Source of the DNA: a virus
Direction: 5' to 3' (one strand)
DNA: 64,000 bases
Virus record (IMG/VR): IMGVR_UViG_3300038856_000064
Coordinates: 32,001 to 96,000 of that record
The notes below the pieces were generated by a model, which saw nothing but the letters and a program-made list of their open reading frames with translations, was not told where the DNA came from and did not search any database. Made by a program: the position numbers and the translations under genes. This document shows, piece by piece, positions 8,898 to 17,238 of the stretch (the first letter of the stretch is position 1; each line of letters begins with the position of its first letter).

Positions 8898-9626
8898 ATG
8901 AGCAAAACATATCTAGGACAGGCATCAATCAATTTCGAATATAACCCACTGGAACCAATTCGTAGACTGCCATATAGAGTTGCGTCACCTAGTGGAGAGT
9001 GTTATATTTATACGGACCCATTGATATTTACAAAAAGCAATGCCACTCATCTAGATGTAGTTCATGAAGCATCTGGTGTCAAACTACCTACAACTACCCT
9101 AGGAGGTAATAACTTCTTACTAGGTCCGCTAGATCTATTTATTACTGAGAGTGGTATACCAAAAGTTATTTTGAAGCATGGCAACCTAAGAATCCTCAAG
9201 GGTCCCTCAGAGCCAGAGTTTTGTAAAGTCATTGACGAGCACAGGCCACTGTTATACCTTACTAAAGATGCTACCGTGACAGCTAGTGGTACTGGATTAA
9301 TTGAAAGTATATCAACTCAGTTTGATGCAGCTAAAACTGCGGACTATAGAATTTCCTGGTATTTCGAATGGTCGGGGCTTAGGGTAACGCCTGGCATTGC
9401 GGAGTTCGGTCTTGATATCGATGAAGGCGATCTACTAAGTGATTTCTCGATCTTTTCAATCTCACAGATGGATGGGTTGTATCAACCAGTATATGGAATA
9501 GATATAAGAGAAATCGAAGCCGGAGAGCATAGTATTAGATTACGTTTTAGAAATGCGCCAGGTTCTAATGTGCTCAACACCACATCTATTAGAAGGGGTA
9601 AGTTAATCGTGGAGTTAATTAAATGA
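8898..9626 (+). CDS. Putative virion protein
   Basis: Beta-rich, C-terminal AGEHSIRLRF motif, structural gene context. Confidence 0.55.
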   Translation: MSKTYLGQASINFEYNPLEPIRRLPYRVASPSGECYIYTDPLIFTKSNATHLDVVHEASGVKLPTTTLGGNNFLLGPLDLFITESGIPKVILKHGNLRILKGPSEPEFCKVIDEHRPLLYLTKDATVTASGTGLIESISTQFDAAKTADYRISWYFEWSGLRVTPGIAEFGLDIDEGDLLSDFSIFSISQMDGLYQPVYGIDIREIEAGEHSIRLRFRNAPGSNVLNTTSIRRGKLIVELIK

Positions 9627-11008
9627 CGTTTTCGGCAACTATAGTAACTAGCGGCGCATTAACGGGTGGTGGTCCGACACAAGATTTTATATCACCAGGG
9701 TTTGGAACCCCTAAGGCTGCTATCTTTACAGCAACTCTTGCACAAGAGAATCTATCTGGAGTAAATGCGACCCTATCTATAGGGCTTACGGATGGAACTA
9801 ACCAATATGTTTACTCCACCTTGGCGTCTGATAACTCCGACCCGACCTTTGATAGAAGACGCGGCACAAACGATGAGGTCGTCCTATGGATGAATCATCT
9901 AGATGGAACTATAGATGGTGAAGCTAATTTTGTAAGCTTTATCGAAGATGGTGTACGTATCTCATACGGAGATTTCCCAGCCTCTGGATACCAAATCTCT
10001 TGCACTATGTTTACTGGAGATTCGTTGTCTGCATACGTGGGGCAATTTACTTCATCTAGCACGCAAGACGCTTCAGTGGATATTACTGCACCAAATTTCC
10101 CTGCTGATCAGGTTATAGGAGCAACATGTCGTACAACCGCTAACGATAGCAGCGTAACAAGCGCAGCAATGAGTATTGGATTCTTTGACAGTGGAGATAC
10201 AGACGTAAACATCTCTATGAACTGGGGATCTGCTAATGGCTCTAGCGCTGGAGATCCTAATGTTTATGCATTCCTGGCAACTAACAGATTCTGCATGAAC
10301 ATCAGTAATACTAATACATTTGGTAATTTCGAACTCACGCAACACCCGTTGGGTTTTACAGCTACTACCAGGGGAACCTCTGCCAGCGTTACAGACGTTG
10401 GTTATCTAGCTATGGCATATAGTGGCTTGCCACATTGGGCTGACATCATTGAGTCGCCTACGTCGACCGGACCGATTACGGAAAGTGGCTTGGGTTTTTC
10501 ACCAGCGTTTACAATGTTTGGGCCAAGTCGTATTGGGAGTGCTGACTTAGATTCTCTACTCAATTTTGACGATGTTGAGGCTGAGGCGGTGTCGTTCGGT
10601 GGATTTACGCCAGATGGTAAATCTTTTGCATGCTCGGCTGGAGTTAATACTCTTAGTCCAATACCACAAGAAGCGTCTAATGTATCTACTAGTTTGAGGC
10701 CACTAAATCATCCCGATATTGGATCACATCCGATCCCTATACTTCAAGCAAGTTATGTCGAGAATGTTGCTAGTGGATTTACTTTACATTATACAAGCGT
10801 AGACGCTTCTGCACGGTCTATCATTGCAATTGCCGCAGGAGAAAGCGATATTCCCGTTCCAGTAACCCCATCTGGAGTTACATCCTGTGGGCAATGGAAT
10901 AGCCCCATCACACTAAATCCATGTGAAAAGATTAGGCTCAAGCTTACTGGTTCTGGTGTTCAGAACGTATCAGCTAGAGTAACTCTTGGAATGGATATCC
11001 TCGATTAG
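9623..11008 (+). CDS. Putative virion protein (Ser/Thr/Gly-rich, repeated beta domains)
   Basis: Recurrent GFGTPKA / PNFPADQV / GLGFSPAF and GFT units. Confidence 0.6.
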   Translation: MTFSATIVTSGALTGGGPTQDFISPGFGTPKAAIFTATLAQENLSGVNATLSIGLTDGTNQYVYSTLASDNSDPTFDRRRGTNDEVVLWMNHLDGTIDGEANFVSFIEDGVRISYGDFPASGYQISCTMFTGDSLSAYVGQFTSSSTQDASVDITAPNFPADQVIGATCRTTANDSSVTSAAMSIGFFDSGDTDVNISMNWGSANGSSAGDPNVYAFLATNRFCMNISNTNTFGNFELTQHPLGFTATTRGTSASVTDVGYLAMAYSGLPHWADIIESPTSTGPITESGLGFSPAFTMFGPSRIGSADLDSLLNFDDVEAEAVSFGGFTPDGKSFACSAGVNTLSPIPQEASNVSTSLRPLNHPDIGSHPIPILQASYVENVASGFTLHYTSVDASARSIIAIAAGESDIPVPVTPSGVTSCGQWNSPITLNPCEKIRLKLTGSGVQNVSARVTLGMDILD

Positions 11009-11016
11009 TGTATAAT
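11005..11016 (+). promoter_or_regulatory. Phage promoter class A, probably giving a leaderless transcript
   Basis: TTAGTGTATAAT ends 5 nt before the ATG at 11022; no SD. Confidence 0.6.
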
Positions 11017-11021
11017 GTTAT

Positions 11022-11324
11022 ATGATAGCACTGATGGATATGATGGGACCCATATTACAAACAGGAGCGGTAGGCGCCATGCTTATTGTAATGGTTCGCT
11101 GGATCAAGGCTAAGGATAGGAAAAGCTATGAGTTAATTGACCAGCAAAATAAAGAGCGACAACAAATGTATGAATCACATAACGAGCTAGTGCGCGAAGT
11201 CACAAAGGCACTTATGGATAAAAATCACACAGACGATAAAATGAGTGCGGCTGTAACAAAATTATCAGAAGAGCTTCGCGAGGTTCGTGAAACACTAAAA
11301 GGACTAAATAATGAAGCTACCTGA
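11022..11324 (+). CDS. Holin-like protein (one TM plus coiled coil)
   Basis: N-terminal ILQTGAVGAMLIVMVRW followed by a charged coiled coil, as in BhlA/UviB-type holins. Confidence 0.5.
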   Translation: MIALMDMMGPILQTGAVGAMLIVMVRWIKAKDRKSYELIDQQNKERQQMYESHNELVREVTKALMDKNHTDDKMSAAVTKLSEELREVRETLKGLNNEAT

Positions 11325-11496
11325 TCCACAAGATCAATTACCCCGCCTCAGTCAGGAAGTAAAAGATATGAATGGCAAGTCTACTCGTAGACTGAATGAG
11401 TGTCTGGACGCCCTGACTGACCTACTAGATGACGATAGAGAGGAGTCCCGTGAGGAGCCCCAGATTAGCCCTGATAGCCCTCCTGACGCTAAGTAG
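11311..11496 (+). CDS. Small acidic hypothetical protein
   Basis: 61-aa ORF overlapping both neighbours. Confidence 0.45.
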   Translation: MKLPDPQDQLPRLSQEVKDMNGKSTRRLNECLDALTDLLDDDREESREEPQISPDSPPDAK

Positions 11497-11815
11497 CTGC
11501 GGAGCCCTCGATGGGGCGGTGGATCACGCAGCGGAGCGCACAGAGGCGCTGGTGGTCAGGACAGCGGAAGAGATCGATAGACTCAAGGATGAGATCATTA
11601 TCGACATTGGCGGGATAAAAACCGAAATCATCGAAGAGGTCGGTAATAAAATCGAGGAGGTCGCACCAGTCGTGGTGGATACTGCGCTAAATACAGAGGC
11701 CGTAGCCTTTCTGATAGTAGCGGTGACCTTCTTACTCGGATTAGTTGTAATAGTTGCTTTAGTTTTATTACTAGGTGCAACTAGAGCACTATATGCAAAA
11801 TGGCGTAAAGCTTAA
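11450..11815 (+). CDS. Lipoprotein with C-terminal TM helix (candidate unimolecular spanin)
   Basis: GTG at 11450 after AGGAG; lipobox MRSPRLALIALLTLSS-C; C-terminal AFLIVAVTFLLGLVVIVALVLLL then a basic tail. Confidence 0.6.
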   Translation: MRSPRLALIALLTLSSCGALDGAVDHAAERTEALVVRTAEEIDRLKDEIIIDIGGIKTEIIEEVGNKIEEVAPVVVDTALNTEAVAFLIVAVTFLLGLVVIVALVLLLGATRALYAKWRKA

Positions 11816-12144
11816 AAAGCGAACGACTTACCACAACCACACCCTCCGTTACTGTTAGGGAATGACCAAATAAATCCACGATTCAATAATCCCCCACCAT
11901 AATCAAGCGTCGCACCTCGTAAGAGGGCGGCGCTTTTTTCGTCTACGATGAATTCAATGTCCCCAATAAAGAATACTAAGTCCGAATCAGGATCTGATGG
12001 GAACTTGGTAAAATTCATATCGACGGTAACGCCAGAACACCCTCCGCCGAACATTGCTATTCTTATGCGGAGTTCTTTGCCTTCGTCTAGGGCGGCGCAC
12101 CTAAATTCCTTTAGCGCTGATGAGGTTATATTAATTAGATCCAT
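11812..12144 (-). CDS. iscA: A-type Fe-S carrier (IscA/HesB family)
   Basis: GGGCSG and CGCGKSF motifs; start moved to MDLINIT. Confidence 0.93.
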   Translation of the reverse strand: MDLINITSSALKEFRCAALDEGKELRIRIAMFGGGCSGVTVDMNFTKFPSDPDSDLVFFIGDIEFIVDEKSAALLRGATLDYGGGLLNRGFIWSFPNSNGGCGCGKSFAF

Positions 12145-12460
12145 AATTGTAATGCATGACCGTAGCTCGTTGACCACTTGGACCTATGTTAGAAGATGCC
12201 CACGTTTGTGTGGGTGCAAAATAACCTGACGGGACAGGGATAGAGGAAGCTTCCTCCTTAATCTCATCACGAAGCTCATATGGGGTTCCGTAAACTAGTT
12301 TATTAAATAAAGCTTCTAGATGATCTACTTTGTCCTTATTCTCCCTGCGAAGACTTTCAATAATCTCACCTATTCCTAAGACTAAATCACCCGCATCAAC
12401 GGGCTTAGTCTTCTTTATATTATCGATGACCTTATTGCCGACATCTCGTAAATCTTCCAT
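12131..12460 (-). CDS. Hypothetical protein
   Basis: 109-aa ORF in a packed operon. Confidence 0.6.
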   Translation of the reverse strand: MEDLRDVGNKVIDNIKKTKPVDAGDLVLGIGEIIESLRRENKDKVDHLEALFNKLVYGTPYELRDEIKEEASSIPVPSGYFAPTQTWASSNIGPSGQRATVMHYNYGSN

Positions 12461-12773
12461 TGTCTACCTTAGTAAAAACAGGGCGCTCGTCCTGAGCGCG
12501 TTTCTGCAACCAAACATCATCAATTGAAACTCCCCAACCTGCATAATCAATCCAATAATCTAATGGAATAATTCTGTAACCTAGTTGGGCATATGCTTCT
12601 TCTAACTCATCTAGAATATGAAACAACTCTAGGTCTTGTATAGTAAACCACTTACCTCGTATCAAGATTCTGTCACTACCGAGTACGCTGGCCAAATATC
12701 CGATAGACGAGGCAACATGGCGATACTCCTCTACTATTTTATCATGCCGCCTTTTACGAATCCACGAGATCAT
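12432..12773 (-). CDS. Hypothetical protein
   Basis: 113-aa ORF in a packed operon. Confidence 0.6.
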   Translation of the reverse strand: MISWIRKRRHDKIVEEYRHVASSIGYLASVLGSDRILIRGKWFTIQDLELFHILDELEEAYAQLGYRIIPLDYWIDYAGWGVSIDDVWLQKRAQDERPVFTKVDNGRFTRCRQ

Positions 12774-12981
12774 CTAGAGGTATTCTCTTAGCTGGTTCAT
12801 AAAGGAACACAGATTCCATCCAACGCTTTTTAAAAATAAACTCTATGCCTTCATGCTCAACCATCACTGGTGGCACAATATTTCCAAGCTCATTAGGATA
12901 ACACTCGCGACTTAATATAGCAACGACTGCCTGATCCTCGCCCTTGGTCAGGAGTAGCTGAAGCTTTTTACTTTTGCTCAT
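12754..12981 (-). CDS. Hypothetical protein
   Basis: 75-aa ORF in a packed operon. Confidence 0.55.
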   Translation of the reverse strand: MSKSKKLQLLLTKGEDQAVVAILSRECYPNELGNIVPPVMVEHEGIEFIFKKRWMESVFLYEPAKRIPLDDLVDS

Positions 12982-13825
12982 AAGGAATGCCAGCCTCTCC
13001 CTTTATAGTCTTGCGGTATTGACACCATCCCTTAAAGTTACCACTCCATTCATTAGGATTGGCTAGTGGCGTTCCAATGTGTTCGAACGGACTAAGATGT
13101 CTACTGTCCCATAAACGTTGATAGAGTGCTATATCTACATCTAGATCTGGTTTCTTTTTATCGTGAGTCAGGTATGATACACGAGCACATCTAGCAACAG
13201 AAGCCTTTATTAGGCTCCCTTCATTTTTAAGCTCGCCACTTGTCTTACGATTACCGGGAGCGAAGCGCTCCTCATCTAGAATATAAGGTAGGTGCCATTG
13301 GCCCGGATTAAGGCGGCGCGGAGTATTAGAGAAATACAAATCCCTCATTTGATCTGCTAGTTGTTTGATTTCTGGTTGCGCATCAGGATGACATCTAAGC
13401 GCAAAGAAGTTGTCAAATTCAGTGGCAGTTAAGACCACAGATATATGCGACCAAGGCTCAAGGTAACGATTGACGACTTGTTTATGTAGCCCCATACTTT
13501 CGAGCGATCTACAGATAGCTAGTATAGACTCCAACCCCTGCAATACAAGCTCTTGACAAGCCTTAGACGAGAAGGCGTCCATCTCTTTCTTAGCCTGCAT
13601 TCCCTTTTGGTTTAAACCCCAATGAATAGGGAGTGCTGGCTCATGTTCGATGCTATCAAACATACGCTTGGCTGGAATAGCCCTACTAGAAGACGCATTG
13701 CGCGAGAACAACCTATGCGTCATTAGCTCCGCATGAATGAACCGCGGATAACGCAACTGAAACGTTGTCAGTCTGGCTCTAGTTGGACTAATAGAGTCCT
13801 CAATAATCTTTGCCTCGATGACCAT
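12968..13825 (-). CDS. thyX: Flavin-dependent thymidylate synthase
   Basis: ELMTHRLFSRNASSSRAIP, AQPEI, ARCARVSY, HLSPFEH. Confidence 0.92.
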   Translation of the reverse strand: MVIEAKIIEDSISPTRARLTTFQLRYPRFIHAELMTHRLFSRNASSSRAIPAKRMFDSIEHEPALPIHWGLNQKGMQAKKEMDAFSSKACQELVLQGLESILAICRSLESMGLHKQVVNRYLEPWSHISVVLTATEFDNFFALRCHPDAQPEIKQLADQMRDLYFSNTPRRLNPGQWHLPYILDEERFAPGNRKTSGELKNEGSLIKASVARCARVSYLTHDKKKPDLDVDIALYQRLWDSRHLSPFEHIGTPLANPNEWSGNFKGWCQYRKTIKGEAGIPYEQK

Positions 13826-13828
13826 TGA

Positions 13829-14056
13829 TCAGATATCTCCTGGGTGCCCGTAACTCTTAAGCTTTGCATTGGCTCTTTCGAGACGCTCTTCGGTCTCGTC
13901 AACTTTCCACTTAAGTTCGTCATGCTTCGCAATAATCTGATTGCGTTGTTCCCTAGCCTGATTACGCTCACGAATAATTTGAACTATATCATCAGCATCG
14001 AAAATTTCTGTTGTGTCATCGATTATAACTTTGATTTTATTTTTTCCAAACATCAT
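13829..14056 (-). CDS. Small coiled-coil protein
   Basis: AGGAGG SD downstream of a class B promoter. Confidence 0.6.
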   Translation of the reverse strand: MMFGKNKIKVIIDDTTEIFDADDIVQIIRERNQAREQRNQIIAKHDELKWKVDETEERLERANAKLKSYGHPGDI

Positions 14057-14070
14057 ATCCTCCTACCCTT

Positions 14071-14098
14071 ATTATGTGTCAATTAGTCTTTTTCGTGC
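14071..14098 (-). promoter_or_regulatory. Phage promoter class B
   Basis: GCACGAA-N11-GACACATAAT. Confidence 0.75.
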
Positions 14099-14128
14099 GA
14101 TCTTTTCGCCCTACAGAGTCATAGGGTG

Positions 14129-14572
14129 TCATCGCTTTCTCCAGTCATAGTCATCCATTATCCTATCAACAAAACCTGGACCGCGTGTCCTTACTCGATT
14201 ATACTTATCGTCACCACGTTCGAAATCGTCAGGATCTAACTCGCCATGCGCAATTTCTAGGATGACGGCAGGATCTTTTTGTTCGGATGGCACTGCAAAT
14301 CTATGCCACTCTCCAGCCTTGATCCTATAGCTGGCGGTTCTACTACCCCTATCCTTGCGGAATGTTGTAGCTCCATGGGTTATTTCAACAGATCCATCTA
14401 GAAGAGTAATTAATTCATGTCTTCTTGAATGGCGCTGAAGTGATGTCTCTTCGCCTGGATTGATATAAAGCAGCTTTACTGCATAGTCTTTTTCTTGGGC
14501 AACTATAGTATAATATCCCCATGGACGATTGACTATAGAGCCGACCTTTACTTCGCTATCTTCAGTGGTCAT
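14129..14572 (-). CDS. Cupin, like the C-terminal domain of type II mannose-6-phosphate isomerase
   Basis: RPWGYY, SLQRHSRRHE, GEWHRF, ILEIAHG...DFER. Confidence 0.8.
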   Translation of the reverse strand: MTTEDSEVKVGSIVNRPWGYYTIVAQEKDYAVKLLYINPGEETSLQRHSRRHELITLLDGSVEITHGATTFRKDRGSRTASYRIKAGEWHRFAVPSEQKDPAVILEIAHGELDPDDFERGDDKYNRVRTRGPGFVDRIMDDYDWRKR

Positions 14573-15000
14573 AGCTCCACCAATTCTAGGCCAGCTTCGC
14601 GAGCCATACCTACGGAAAAGTCAAGAGACTCACCCCAGCGTTGTCTTAGTTCTTCACTAGGTGTCGGATAGACTACTCTCTTTATACCAGCCTGAATAAC
14701 CATTTTCATGCACCCCTCACAGGGGCTTAGGGGATAAGTAAAGAGAGTGCATCCGTCAACCGGACCGTTGCTATTAAGTATCGAATTTACTTCGGCGTGT
14801 ATGACATACCTGTATTTCAGCTCTCGATTATGTAGGCGCTCGTCACTATCATTTATGCCAGTTGCGAAACCATTATAACCGATTCCTACAACCTTTTTGT
14901 CTCGCGTTATAACGGCTCCTACTTTAGTACTTGGGTCCTTGCTCCAATGGCTTACGTGCTTCGCTAGTTCGAGAAACCTCTTATCCCATTTTGTATTCAT
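14569..15000 (-). CDS. dCMP deaminase
   Basis: SKDPSTKVGAVI, GYNG, HAEVN, PCEGC. Confidence 0.95.
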   Translation of the reverse strand: MNTKWDKRFLELAKHVSHWSKDPSTKVGAVITRDKKVVGIGYNGFATGINDSDERLHNRELKYRYVIHAEVNSILNSNGPVDGCTLFTYPLSPCEGCMKMVIQAGIKRVVYPTPSEELRQRWGESLDFSVGMAREAGLELVEL

Positions 15001-17030
15001 ACTATATCTATCGCCTTCCATCGGCCATATTCCGAAAATGCCCTTGGGCTAGCTGGTTGTACCGAATCCATAAAGTCTCGATATTCCCTGGCAAGATCTG
15101 ATATCTCTTGACCAAAGAAGTTAGAGTTATTCGCCACAACCTCCAGTACGGGCATGGCCCATAGGATTAATCCGCCGGCAGGCTTAAACTTATTGGGATC
15201 AAGATACTCTTCTGGAGTCAATGCCGTGCCATCCGGGAGCCATTTGACGCCCTGTCCAATTTCTAGATTAGTCAATACACCATTTGATCTAGTTGCTCTG
15301 TATCCGTAAGTTACTATTGTAGTAGCCCAAGCAACTAGTAGATCTTTGACCTCTTGGTTGTGGGTTACATTATAAAGTGCAACCATACCAGCCAAACCCA
15401 ACCCCTCGTTCCAAGGAACCCAGGCGTCCACCTCCCTACCAAGGACACGATCATCGGCAATGTGAGCCCAATTTCTTACTGGAGCGATATTGGCACCATC
15501 CCAAGTGGACTTAATAACCTCATGAAAACGCTCAAGCATATGACTCTTTATGTCTTTACGATTGGTTAATAGGTGATGATTAACCATTGCATGGTGCGGT
15601 CTACCAAAGCCTCGTGCCTCGCGACGACCATTAGTCGACCAACCAGGAAATTCGCTAGGTAAGGTATGTCCAGCTAGAAATAACTCTATTTCATTATCGA
15701 CTTCGTCACGCAATAAGTAAGAGCCCGTTAGTAGTGACGCCAAAGATAACAAGTTACTAGAGTGATGCTGCCAATCCTTACCGTTCCAGCCATGAGAATG
15801 GCCACCAAAGTTAGGATTCGTTTTACCTAGACGATCGGTAGATATACTAGTATGCCAATGAGTCGTTCCAGCCCAGGTAACCCATCGCGGATGATTTGCA
15901 TGAGTCACAGGAGAGGCATCTGTCTCATAAAAATGTGACGGACGCTTAGTTTCTTCAGTCGCCATAAAATAATAGGCATCTACTAATTCTGACGCACCTA
16001 GATACAATATCTCAGGACCTTCTAGTGTGCCAAAGTCACGCTGACCACCAGTTTGTCCAGGGGTCATGGTCACGCCTAATGGATAATCATCCCACACATT
16101 ACCCTGACTATCTATGAATTGATTAAAATTACTATAAGCCTGCATGGCTTGTTCCCATGTCTTGTGCGACTCTGGCTCGGGAATGACCCCGAATGCCGCA
16201 AAAGCCTTAGTGTCTTTCCAGTCAGTTGACATTCCATTTAGTGGGAAGTTAATGGCGGCTAGCGCATTAGCTATTTGGTCACTGTTTTGAAAGTCAATTG
16301 TTGGTATGATTTCCCCATACCATGTTTGTTTTTGTCCATCACCGAAGTGGTCGGCTTCCATTAGCGTGAATCTTTGGTGCGGCCTTGTCATCTTGACGCC
16401 ACGACGCTGACTAGCCTGAATATTTGCTAGGTTTGTATTACCTGCGAAAAAACTAATAGCCTCAAAGGGGTATTCGAACAAGGCATTATCTGGATTAGAG
16501 CCAGTTATTGACAATTCAAATTTTACCAATTGTTGTCGTGACATAACATAGTATTTTATGTCAGCAATAAAGTTTCCCATACGTAAGCGAGATTGAAATA
16601 CCTTACGTAACCTATTATCTTCTAGAAGGGTTAGGTTGTTACCAAACTGAGTCCATTTCCAAGCTCCGCTAACCTTTATACCAAGGGATGGTGCATTCAC
16701 CCCAAGCCCCTTTAGTAGCTGTGGAGAAAACCTAAAGCCTAGTTTCTTTTGTGGCTGTCCCTCGGTTAGACTATGGGTTTGTGTCTCCCAGGCGTGCATA
16801 TCAAGCCGCGCGAGTAGCCTACCATAGCGAACGCTACCATCGGGCCAGCGCTTACCGAACGGCTCCACGACGGCGTCCGTTTCGTTACCAAGGTCACTCT
16901 TGAGGATCAGCGATTTTTCACCATCCCATTCACCCTGATCAAATGGAACTGTTGCGTATGCGATTTCCTTTCGAGGAAAATCAGACAGGTTGGGATATCT
17001 AATACTTTTATTGATCATGATTTTCCTCAT
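14997..17030 (-). CDS. Large protein resembling the YetA/PcRGLX (exo-rhamnogalacturonan lyase-like) family
   Basis: N-terminal VPFDQGEW...RWPDGSVRY motif; Trp/His-rich helical C-terminal half. Confidence 0.45.
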   Translation of the reverse strand: MRKIMINKSIRYPNLSDFPRKEIAYATVPFDQGEWDGEKSLILKSDLGNETDAVVEPFGKRWPDGSVRYGRLLARLDMHAWETQTHSLTEGQPQKKLGFRFSPQLLKGLGVNAPSLGIKVSGAWKWTQFGNNLTLLEDNRLRKVFQSRLRMGNFIADIKYYVMSRQQLVKFELSITGSNPDNALFEYPFEAISFFAGNTNLANIQASQRRGVKMTRPHQRFTLMEADHFGDGQKQTWYGEIIPTIDFQNSDQIANALAAINFPLNGMSTDWKDTKAFAAFGVIPEPESHKTWEQAMQAYSNFNQFIDSQGNVWDDYPLGVTMTPGQTGGQRDFGTLEGPEILYLGASELVDAYYFMATEETKRPSHFYETDASPVTHANHPRWVTWAGTTHWHTSISTDRLGKTNPNFGGHSHGWNGKDWQHHSSNLLSLASLLTGSYLLRDEVDNEIELFLAGHTLPSEFPGWSTNGRREARGFGRPHHAMVNHHLLTNRKDIKSHMLERFHEVIKSTWDGANIAPVRNWAHIADDRVLGREVDAWVPWNEGLGLAGMVALYNVTHNQEVKDLLVAWATTIVTYGYRATRSNGVLTNLEIGQGVKWLPDGTALTPEEYLDPNKFKPAGGLILWAMPVLEVVANNSNFFGQEISDLAREYRDFMDSVQPASPRAFSEYGRWKAIDIV

Positions 17031-17235
17031 TATGCTTTATAACCTGATCCATTTCGTCACGACAAAGGTCCCCACGTTTGATGGCAAGTTTATGCATCTT
17101 GGTTATAATATTATGTAATACCGTAGCCTCTTTTGTGATACTAGAGCTTACGACCTCATTAGCCTTTACTAAAAGATTATTTAGACGCCGCACGAGCGCC
17201 TTATCACTCTCGCCTCAACGTCTTTTGAATTTCAT
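17008..17235 (-). pseudogene. Small ORF interrupted by an in-frame TGA (or a 61-aa gene starting at GTG 17193)
   Basis: The ATG at 17235 lies 3 nt after the upstream stop and reads MKFKRR*GESDKALVRRLNN... Confidence 0.4.
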
Positions 17236-17238
17236 TTC

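Noticed and set aside
14107-14128. Hairpin CGCCCTA...TAGGGTG as an intrinsic terminator
   Set aside because: There is no U-tract downstream on the transcribed minus strand.
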